Below, in pieces: positions 1 to 8,236 of a stretch of 64,000 bases of DNA. Made by a program: the position numbers and the translations under genes. The notes beneath the pieces were generated by a model. The model had not been told where the DNA came from, ran no database searches, and saw nothing but the letters and a program-made list of their open reading frames with translations. Positions within the stretch are counted from its first letter, which is position 1, and the number at the start of each line of letters is the position of its first letter. The stretch is from Schizochytrium sp. TIO01 (Eukaryota; Protista; Bigyra: Labyrinthulomycetes). Where the stretch lies: the NCBI GenBank assembly GCA_004764695.1, contig SMSO01000005.1, forward strand, positions 1,550,001 to 1,614,000, read 5' to 3'.

Positions 1-2
1 CA

Positions 3-3000
3 ACAAGCGATTCGGTCACCCCAAAGGATTTTGACATTACAGTTCCAGCGTTAACAGGAGGAGAACGGCGTAAGGTTATGAGACAACGTTCTTTTACATC
101 CGAGCTCCAAGCTGGCCCAACCTCGAGCGTTTTAAAGCATCGCATCCTTCAACGTTCATCAACCATTTCAAGTGGTTCAAACGGACAATCTGCATTCGAT
201 GATTACAGTATACTTTTTGGTGAAATTGAGACGGTTATTGGCGAGGTATTTGGAACAATCTTACATCAAGGAGCCACAGATAAGGCTCGAATCGAAGAAA
301 AAAGCCTATTCAGTGATGACGGTTATCCTATCGCTGCTGCTATACGACAAAATATTATTGACCGTGAGAATGATCCAGTTGCTGATCTATTCATCGGCAG
401 GGATGCTCGTGCAATGGTTAAAATATGGACAGGTGTCGACCGCATGGATGTGAAAGAGTACTTTGAGCAATTCGCCACCATCCTTCAACGCTATGAACTT
501 GATCAATCAACGAAACATCGTCTTATGGGGCATGTTCATGGTGATTTAAATGGAGCGAACATTCTCATTGACGGTGAAAGTATCGTGTGGCTAATCGACT
601 TTGCTTTTTCAGGGTATCGTCCAGTTCTTACTGACTTGATGAAGCTTGAGAACACTATTTTGTTCGAGTACACTCCACTCCAAACATCTAAGGATCGTGG
701 TATTGCAATCGATGATTTCATCAAGGTCATCCGTGCTCTGATTCACACGGATTTGGTTGAGCTTCCTCCTTTGACGTCGTTACTTTCAGACAGCAAGTCA
801 ACTGAACACCTTGCCATTGACCAGCTTTGGAGTGTACTTCAGCGCCTTCGACAGCACGTGGTGAGCTTTTGTGCAAAGGATCCCAGACCAGAATACTTAC
901 ACGCCGGGCGTCTGTTTTATGCGCTGAAAACGCTGGCCTTTCGCGATGTTTCTATTGAGCAGAAGAAACTAGCCCTTGGAAGCGCGTTGGGCCATGCAAG
1001 CCGACTTGCCAGCATTCTGGCGCCCGGTTCGCTTGGGCCCGTGCGACATCTTCAAGTATTTACCTCATTTACTGAACATAACCCTATCGATGCTCGGGTG
1101 CATGCATATCAGATGAGCTTAGAGCGCGAACAGGTGAAGCATTTCACAATCGTAGGTTCCAAAGATTCAGCATTTGTAGACCCGGTTTCCCAGAATCGGT
1201 TGTCCGTCCTCAAAGAATGTGTACGCTTAGATATATGCGAACATTCTCTTGGTGTCAATGAAGAACCTCCAACAACACGCCACAAGTTGTCAGTACGCGA
1301 AATGATGGAATATTTGTGGGCAGTTCGCGAGGTTTGCGAAAACACCACTGATTGTCAACCTTTCAAGAACGAAATATGTCCTTCCGACATCCCCGCTCTA
1401 TGCGCGAATCAGCGATTACGTGAGGACTACGAGCAGCTAGGAGCAACGTCAAGCCTGCAAGAGGTACTTGAATTAACTCTCAAACCTTTGGTATCTCTTG
1501 CAGTTAATATGCAATATGTGCCTGTAGCAGAGTTTTTTCGTCGCTTTATGTTTACGCTAGTCTATCTGGAAGGAATAAACAACCCTGCTGGAGCTTCATC
1601 ACCAAATACACAGTTACTTCGACGAGCTTCTCTAGCCGTGGCATCTGAGCTGGATTCACAATTGTATGATGTTTTGGCTGAGGTTTCCAAGCTATTTCCG
1701 TCTGATGTGCGATTGACTGATGTACGACACCTCGTAATTTTAGGTGGACCTGCCAGTGGCAAGAGTGTTCTTTTACGTCAGATCCTTGTACGACTATCTA
1801 TAGCCCAGAATCATCGCTCTCCTATTGCTCTAGTTCCACTCCGTATTCGCCTTATTGACATGGCTCGCCTCATTGAAGAACACAAACTCACCGAGAACGA
1901 CGACCTCATCATGTGCTACCTTGCAAATGCGTATGGCGCAATGTCAATGAAATTATCCTACTTTCGGTCTATTTTATTCTCAGGTAGAGTTCTTTTGCTA
2001 TTTGATGGTTTTGACGAAGCTGGATCATCTCGATCCATCATTGCAGCTTTTCTGAAACGATTTTTACAGCAGTACATGGATGTACGCACAATTGTAACAT
2101 CCCGTGAAATAGGCTTTACCGAATTCCAGAGCGACTTCTTTGAGGCTGGGTTTCGAGGTTTATTCATTTCCGCCCTGACTCATGAACGCGTTCAGGCCAT
2201 TGTGAGCTTGCGTGTACCTACACTCAAAGATGCCGAAAATAAAGGCGGCGTGTCTCCATCAGACCATTTATTCAAAGAAATATTGTCTAAAGAGTACGAC
2301 CATCTCACCCAAACGCCTCTCATGGTAAGCTTTCTCATACATACGTTGCTCTCCAGTAGGCAAACATCAACACGGCGACTGTCTGGAGCTCAAGCTCTAA
2401 TGATGCCAAAACGAGTACTTGAGAGGGCCACCGGTGGTGAAACAATGCTTAAATCTCAGCTGTTCTCTCTGGCTGTCGACCAGATGCTGCACCAGGGTGA
2501 ATTTAAATACAAACGCAATCGAGGGCGGGAAGAGAAAGAAATTGGACGGGATTTAAGTCTTTTGCAGGATCCCCTTGCACGGAGCATCATACGCAATGTT
2601 GCTTTGCTTGCACACAGTGTTGATACCGATGATGTGGAGCTAGAGCATTTTGGAGCAGTTTTAGTTGCTCTTGTGTCACAAAATCAAAGCACTGAGGAGT
2701 CTGAGAAAGCAAGATTTTCGCAAAGGCTGATCAAAGTAAATAATGCTCTCCAGAGAAGCATTGATCGAGGTTTAGTGCCACTCTTCGAAGTCTCAATTGC
2801 CGAGACTAGAAACACTGCGCGAAGTCAGGAATATACTTTCTCAAGGACTGTGTCGTTTGTTCATCGTGCGCTCAAAGAGCATCTCGCGGCAGAGTGCATA
2901 ACTGAGCGTCTCGTTTTGTGTTATGCGCAAAAGAATGAAAAGGAGTTTGCCCGAATTTGTGGCTTGTATTTTGGAGTTCACAACTTTGTTCTAAAGAACA

Positions 3001-4439
3001 CATTTTGGCAGGATGTATTTCTTAGTACAATGGAGCTTCTTAGTGTTGCGAATAAAGTAGAAGCAGAGAAGCTCATTCAAGTTCTTTTTGTCATGATGCC
3101 AGAGACAAGGCATGTGCAAGTGACTTTTGAAGGCTTGAGAGAGATTTGGAGTGCTATCGCAGCACAAGGTAACATTCCAGCTCTCGTAGCGATGTTGGAA
3201 TGGCGCTCCGAAATCAATGAGTCATATGTAGATGTGGAATCTGATACAGAGCATTTCGACTTAATTTTTCTTAACGATAAAGCTGGAAATAATTGCCTTC
3301 ATCTTGCTGCAGAGAAAAATCAGCTGCAGTTTGTTGAGGTAATCCTTTCGAGAATTTCCAAGGAAGATTCGAAAGAACTGCGCGCTTCGAAGGGAGTTCA
3401 AGATTGGAGTCCAGCAATCGTAGCTCTGCGAAATAACAACCTTGAGTGCTATCGTAAACTCTATTCCACTTTTGGTGATATGGACATTATAGATGAAGAT
3501 GAAAGCAATCTTCCCGAAATAATCAAGATGGTGAAACTTGGTAACGTTGCTGAGGTGAAGCAGTGCTTACAAAGAAATCCTGACGCTATAAATGACAGAG
3601 GGTCAACAGGCATGAATTCAGCGATGTGGGCGTGCGCTTTAAATGAAAACGCAGTTTTAGAGCTGTTGTTGAAGTATGGCCATCCTGAATCTTACAGCAG
3701 CAACACGTCTAAAAAGGGTAATACTTGTCTCACATTTGCTGTAGAAAATAACTCAATTGAATGCGTCAAGACATTACTCAAGAATGGCGTCAAACCGACT
3801 CAGAGAATTTATAATGGCGACTCAATGCTTCTACTAGCAACTTCCTATGGTAATGATGAGATTGTTCAACTTCTGATTGGGGCCGGTGCCCAACCGGGTG
3901 AGGCTATTATGGTTTCAGCTGTACAGGGTCGCGATGAATTTGTTCGTCGACTCATTCAACTCTCTGCGCTCGCATGGCCTGATGCTGTTAATGCTGTAGT
4001 GCCTGGCACTGGCGGGCATCCGGATGATCCTGAGTCTGGAGGAAATCCTTTAGCAGCAGCTTGTGTTGCTGGTCATAAAACTGTCGTTACACGATTACTG
4101 GAACTTGGAGCTGATCCAAATCATCCAATCCTTGTGCAAGGAGGGACTTGCGCATTGCATGTTGCAGTAAAAAAAGGGTACTATGATTGCGTTGCGCGGC
4201 TGCTTGAATATGGTGCAAACGCAAACACGATAAGGCCAGCAAGAGAAGCCGGGGAGCAACACGTAACAGCTCTTGATTTAGCTGAAATGGGAGTTCTGGA
4301 TCTAGAAGATTCTTCCGTGGACTTTCAGAAGTGTGCTGATATATTGCGCCACTATGGTGGAAAGAAATGGGAAGATATGTTCCCTGATGAACGTGAAGTA
4401 AACATGAAAATTCGAAGCAGCAAACCTTCTAGTTCTTAG
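3..4439 (+). CDS. NLR-like STAND protein: atypical kinase-like (APH/TCAD9-like) domain + NACHT NTPase + C-terminal ankyrin repeats; 5'-truncated by the window
   Basis: The frame is open from nt 3 (TSDSVTPKDFDITVPALTGGERRKV) into the ATG at 78, so the true start is probably upstream. Kinase-like motifs: HGDLNGANILID (537-) and WLIDFA (DFA 597-605). NACHT motifs: Walker A GGPASGKS (1743-1766), Walker B VLLLFDGFDE (~1989-2018), IVTSR, PLMV, winged-helix SFVHRALKEHLAA. Ankyrin-like repeats from ~3285 (GNNCLHLAA, GNTCLTFAV, NPLAAAC, CALHVAV, TALDLA). Confidence 0.85.
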   Translation, partial: TSDSVTPKDFDITVPALTGGERRKVMRQRSFTSELQAGPTSSVLKHRILQRSSTISSGSNGQSAFDDYSILFGEIETVIGEVFGTILHQGATDKARIEEKSLFSDDGYPIAAAIRQNIIDRENDPVADLFIGRDARAMVKIWTGVDRMDVKEYFEQFATILQRYELDQSTKHRLMGHVHGDLNGANILIDGESIVWLIDFAFSGYRPVLTDLMKLENTILFEYTPLQTSKDRGIAIDDFIKVIRALIHTDLVELPPLTSLLSDSKSTEHLAIDQLWSVLQRLRQHVVSFCAKDPRPEYLHAGRLFYALKTLAFRDVSIEQKKLALGSALGHASRLASILAPGSLGPVRHLQVFTSFTEHNPIDARVHAYQMSLEREQVKHFTIVGSKDSAFVDPVSQNRLSVLKECVRLDICEHSLGVNEEPPTTRHKLSVREMMEYLWAVREVCENTTDCQPFKNEICPSDIPALCANQRLREDYEQLGATSSLQEVLELTLKPLVSLAVNMQYVPVAEFFRRFMFTLVYLEGINNPAGASSPNTQLLRRASLAVASELDSQLYDVLAEVSKLFPSDVRLTDVRHLVILGGPASGKSVLLRQILVRLSIAQNHRSPIALVPLRIRLIDMARLIEEHKLTENDDLIMCYLANAYGAMSMKLSYFRSILFSGRVLLLFDGFDEAGSSRSIIAAFLKRFLQQYMDVRTIVTSREIGFTEFQSDFFEAGFRGLFISALTHERVQAIVSLRVPTLKDAENKGGVSPSDHLFKEILSKEYDHLTQTPLMVSFLIHTLLSSRQTSTRRLSGAQALMMPKRVLERATGGETMLKSQLFSLAVDQMLHQGEFKYKRNRGREEKEIGRDLSLLQDPLARSIIRNVALLAHSVDTDDVELEHFGAVLVALVSQNQSTEESEKARFSQRLIKVNNALQRSIDRGLVPLFEVSIAETRNTARSQEYTFSRTVSFVHRALKEHLAAECITERLVLCYAQKNEKEFARICGLYFGVHNFVLKNTFWQDVFLSTMELLSVANKVEAEKLIQVLFVMMPETRHVQVTFEGLREIWSAIAAQGNIPALVAMLEWRSEINESYVDVESDTEHFDLIFLNDKAGNNCLHLAAEKNQLQFVEVILSRISKEDSKELRASKGVQDWSPAIVALRNNNLECYRKLYSTFGDMDIIDEDESNLPEIIKMVKLGNVAEVKQCLQRNPDAINDRGSTGMNSAMWACALNENAVLELLLKYGHPESYSSNTSKKGNTCLTFAVENNSIECVKTLLKNGVKPTQRIYNGDSMLLLATSYGNDEIVQLLIGAGAQPGEAIMVSAVQGRDEFVRRLIQLSALAWPDAVNAVVPGTGGHPDDPESGGNPLAAACVAGHKTVVTRLLELGADPNHPILVQGGTCALHVAVKKGYYDCVARLLEYGANANTIRPAREAGEQHVTALDLAEMGVLDLEDSSVDFQKCADILRHYGGKKWEDMFPDEREVNMKIRSSKPSSS

Positions 4440-4822
4440 AGCGAGGCGGTGACCTGTACATGTGTAACACTGAATTGATTATATAATAGTAACTACTGAT
4501 TCTTTTTTTTAAAGATTATAGATTGTTTCAACCAGATGTAGGCCAGGTCAATCAAATTCCTGTTGAACGAATAGGCGCGAAACAATTAGTGAACAAGTAT
4601 TCTAGATTAAATGTCTTATATACCTTTGTCAGATGTATGGAACATTTTTACTAGCAAGGAAGAAAGTTAATCATAACAAAATTTTATGATGCATATTATG
4701 AATTATTCATTAAGTTGACAATACATTAATCTGTCGTCTTCGGAACCTATTGATCAAAGGCCGGAGAATCCCATACACTTCACACTTGTTTGATTTCTGC
4801 TTTTGATAATGGGATATCAAAT

Positions 4823-7627
4823 TTACTGAGAGAGTTTTGCATTGACAGCGAGGACAGCCTTAGTGAGGCGCTCAACGCTACGCGGGGTATGATACGGTCC
4901 AAATCCAACACGCACGAACTCCTTACGCAAGTCAACATCAATGCCGTGCTCCTCGTGAAGGATATCGACAACAGCCTTGGCCTTGGCGGCGTCAGACTGC
5001 TTAAAAACGAGGGTGTGGCTCTGGGTTGCCGGGTTCTTGGAGCCGTCAAGCAGGTTTGCTCGCGAAAATGGAACAGCACTGTTCTCGCCAGCAACAGCAT
5101 CCTCCAGGAAGATCTGCTGTGCCTTAAGCACGGTCTCGTGCATAAAATCAACGTTTACATCCTGTTCGCACCACATGCGCATAACATGCACGAAGACAAC
5201 GAGGCACGGCATGAAAGACGGAGTTCCTCCCATCAATGAGACGCCTTGAGCAAAGTTTGCCGGCGATCCCATGCAAATTCCCTTACTACCGTTTGCGAGC
5301 ACACTCGGATCGGCGAGCCAACCGGTGAAGAGTGGGCGAGGCACGGCACGCTGAGGAGGCAGCGCCACGAAGCAAGCATTCGCTGCCGATCCGACGTGCT
5401 TGAGCATGCCAGCAACATAGTGGAATCGCTTGTCATCAGCAGAACTGAGATCTGTGGGAATGGCACCAAATCCGTGGTAGCCGTCCACAATGACTAAAGA
5501 GTCCTTGTTCTTCTCGCTCTTGTCTAGGGCATCTGCTGCACGCTTGGAGAAGGCAGCAACGTCATGGATCAGGGTCTGTTGCTGAAGGTAAGTACACTGC
5601 GATACATAGACCATATCAATCACAGGGGTATTCTCAATGGCCTCGATGATGCGGTCCTCAAAGGTCTCACGCGGCTCAATGGGCACAACAACAACCTGGA
5701 AATAGTCGTCACCAAGCTCACGAAGACGGTTGACCTGGCGAGTCATGGAGTAAAATTCAGTATCAGACGTAATAACAACCTCGGGGCGCTTCTCCTTGAG
5801 AGCGATTTCGAGACGCTGCGAAAGAAGACGCGACACTACTTCGTGCGAATTATGGCCAAATTCAATGGGGTGATCGGAAGAAAGCTTAAGGATATTGCGG
5901 ATGAATTTACTGGCCTCAGGCATGATCTTGGCAAAGAGCGTGTCCCAACTGTGGTTACCTTCAACGTGAAACAGGCGGTAAAGCTCCTGAAGGGCGCTGT
6001 ACAAAGCACGCGGGGGGATTTCACCCCAAGCGTGGTCGAGAAAGGCAAGGTTGCGCTCAGCACCGCCACCAAAGTTGCGCGGCACACCAGTAGAGCTATA
6101 CAAAGTTCCAAGACGGTCGTCCACGATATCAGAAGCGCGGGACTCGTTGTCACTTGCTGGGTTACTGGTCTCCTCGCCGTTCTCGCGCTCCTTGAGGCGG
6201 TCCTGCTCGATTTTGTCCATAATGCGACCTTTGAGGTGAGCAAGACGCTCGTCAGTACGGCGGCCAAGTTCAGTACGTGCGTAGTCGAGAACAGGGAACA
6301 CAGGCTTCTCAAAGCCCTTCTTAAGGGCCTGAACGCTCATCTTCATGGTTCCCTTGGCACCGCTTCCAATCACATTGGTCGCGAGGATAAAGTGCTTCTG
6401 AAAGAAGCCTCCAATGAGAGCGGACTCTACAATCTCCAGAGACTTGATGTACTCATAAATGGCAGGCTGGTGCTCAGGGTGTGCGTAAAGCTCGAGAAGG
6501 GCCTCTTGCACCTCCTCTGATTCGTGGTCCTCGGTTTTTTCTTTGAGAAGACGGTCGAGAACAGGGTCGATGAGCTCAAGAACCCGTTGACGAAACTGCT
6601 TCACTTGAGTGCTGCCAGCGCCAGATGTACCCTCAATTTCTACCTTGAGCTCGAGGTAGTCACGGAGGACCATACTAGTGAGCATCATGACGTGGGCACC
6701 GAGATACTCAAAGGTTGATGCAGCTACGCGGACAGCGGCGGCAGCATTACGGAAGTGACCATTGCGTTTAATGTGCTCCTGGGCGGAGTTAATGCGGTCA
6801 AGAAGAACAAAAGCCCAGCACTCCGTACCCAAGTGGACTGCACGGAAGAAGAAATCTTCTTTGTGGTTGTACTCCTGCTCGGTGAGCAGACTAGCCATCA
6901 GAGAAGAGCGGACCATGGCCTCATAGGCAAGGTATTTCCGGCCGAAAGGCATGGTGTACGGGGAGAGGCCAACAAGCTCACGAAGGTTGGAGAGCTGCTC
7001 TTCGATACCGACGCCAACGGTCCAGTCGCCAAAGCTTGTCATGAAGGCACCAGTGATGTTGCGAATGACCTTACGGAGGGACTGAAGTTCGTGAGTGGCC
7101 ATGCCATCTTGCAATGCCTTCTCCACAGACTCGATAACGAGCTTGAGGGCAGATGACTGCCGTGTACGGTCAATGTCACGTTCAGAAGCAGTCGGGGGGC
7201 CATCTTCGATGGGGAAGTTTTGCAAAAGAGATCCAATGGGCAGGGGAGGGGCCTCGGTTTCAAGGCGCTCCTCCTCAAGCTCACCATCAATGACCTCTGC
7301 CAGGAGAGCAAATTGGCTCTCGATATCTGCGGCAATCATTTCAATTCGGGGCCGCTTGACGACGTAAGGGCGGTTGTCACTAATAAAGTGGGACAGAAGC
7401 ACCAATGCGAGCTCGACACCCTGCATACCGGCCGTGAAGCAAGGCTCAAGGCGTGGGTTGTTGGTGACCGGCTCGTACCATGTTGCGCGAACTTTGCGGA
7501 GAAATACGTAATCTTCATACAGGTCGCGAATGCGTGCCTCGCGAGCAGCCTTGGTGGCGGCTACCTTGGCCTTGACTTCCTCGCGGGTTTTCACCTCACC
7601 GGCATCTTCAGGTTCGTGGCTCATCAT
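4823..7627 (-). CDS. Fusion of tryptophan 2,3-dioxygenase-superfamily domain(s) with a PLP-dependent class V aminotransferase/kynureninase-like domain (934 aa)
   Basis: TDO-like motifs: HKEDFFFRAVHLGTECW, LTSMVLRDYLELKVEIEGTSGAGSTQ, QKHFILATNVIG...FPVL. Kynureninase-like C-terminal half: GHNSHEVVSRLLS, ITSDTEFYS, IVDGYHGFGAIP, AGMLKH (predicted PLP lysine), PRPLFTGW, GGTP, VRVGFGPY. Single uninterrupted ORF with strong codon bias. Confidence 0.8.
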   Translation of the reverse strand: MMSHEPEDAGEVKTREEVKAKVAATKAAREARIRDLYEDYVFLRKVRATWYEPVTNNPRLEPCFTAGMQGVELALVLLSHFISDNRPYVVKRPRIEMIAADIESQFALLAEVIDGELEEERLETEAPPLPIGSLLQNFPIEDGPPTASERDIDRTRQSSALKLVIESVEKALQDGMATHELQSLRKVIRNITGAFMTSFGDWTVGVGIEEQLSNLRELVGLSPYTMPFGRKYLAYEAMVRSSLMASLLTEQEYNHKEDFFFRAVHLGTECWAFVLLDRINSAQEHIKRNGHFRNAAAAVRVAASTFEYLGAHVMMLTSMVLRDYLELKVEIEGTSGAGSTQVKQFRQRVLELIDPVLDRLLKEKTEDHESEEVQEALLELYAHPEHQPAIYEYIKSLEIVESALIGGFFQKHFILATNVIGSGAKGTMKMSVQALKKGFEKPVFPVLDYARTELGRRTDERLAHLKGRIMDKIEQDRLKERENGEETSNPASDNESRASDIVDDRLGTLYSSTGVPRNFGGGAERNLAFLDHAWGEIPPRALYSALQELYRLFHVEGNHSWDTLFAKIMPEASKFIRNILKLSSDHPIEFGHNSHEVVSRLLSQRLEIALKEKRPEVVITSDTEFYSMTRQVNRLRELGDDYFQVVVVPIEPRETFEDRIIEAIENTPVIDMVYVSQCTYLQQQTLIHDVAAFSKRAADALDKSEKNKDSLVIVDGYHGFGAIPTDLSSADDKRFHYVAGMLKHVGSAANACFVALPPQRAVPRPLFTGWLADPSVLANGSKGICMGSPANFAQGVSLMGGTPSFMPCLVVFVHVMRMWCEQDVNVDFMHETVLKAQQIFLEDAVAGENSAVPFSRANLLDGSKNPATQSHTLVFKQSDAAKAKAVVDILHEEHGIDVDLRKEFVRVGFGPYHTPRSVERLTKAVLAVNAKLSQ

Positions 7628-8191
7628 CGTCTTGATTTAGTGTAAATATGTCTTACAGAGTAAAAGGTAGTGGGTAAGCACAGCAATCTTACTATTCTTG
7701 CTGCTGCTGATGCTGCTGCTGCTACAGTTGTACTTGGCTTCGTTCGCCACGGAGTTCTGAGTTTGCTGCTTCGAGCTTTCTTTGCACCTGAGTTTGGGAT
7801 CTGCTGATGTCTGGAATTCTCCAAGCTCGCCCAAACAACTTCCTTTCCATTCCCTTCATTCTCCACAAAGACTATTGCAGCCTGTCCCTAAGACTTCCCT
7901 TAGAGTGTTAGCGTTTCGGGTAGCAGATGTCTGCTTTCCCACTTCTCTCACTGAGCAGGAATTGACTGACTGCCCAACGGCACCTCCTCTGCATGCGCAG
8001 AGACCCGCGCAGAGACGTCCTTGGCGCCGTGAGGACGTCTCTGGCGAGGCTGCAGCCACTCCCTCACTCTCTGCACAGTCTCCGGCCGGGTGTGCTTGCC
8101 TGCGAGAGACTCGCTACGGAGAAGAAGGGGGAAGAGGAGGAGGAGAAGAAGAAAGCTGACAAGAGCGGAGAATTACAAAACGAGATAAAAC

Positions 8192-8195
<4 letters not shown>

Positions 8196-8233
<38 letters not shown>
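8196..8233 (+). repeat. poly(A) run, 38 nt
   Basis: Read directly; lies ~570 bp upstream of the TDO-kynureninase start. Confidence 0.95.

Positions 8234-8236
<3 letters not shown>

Noticed and set aside
4790-7645. Long plus-strand ORFs (up to 318 aa) antisense to the TDO-kynureninase gene
   Set aside because: Shadow ORFs expected from the biased codon usage of the real minus-strand gene; no recognisable motifs.
8196-8233. poly(A) as a retroposon tail
   Set aside because: No target-site duplication or recognisable element body.
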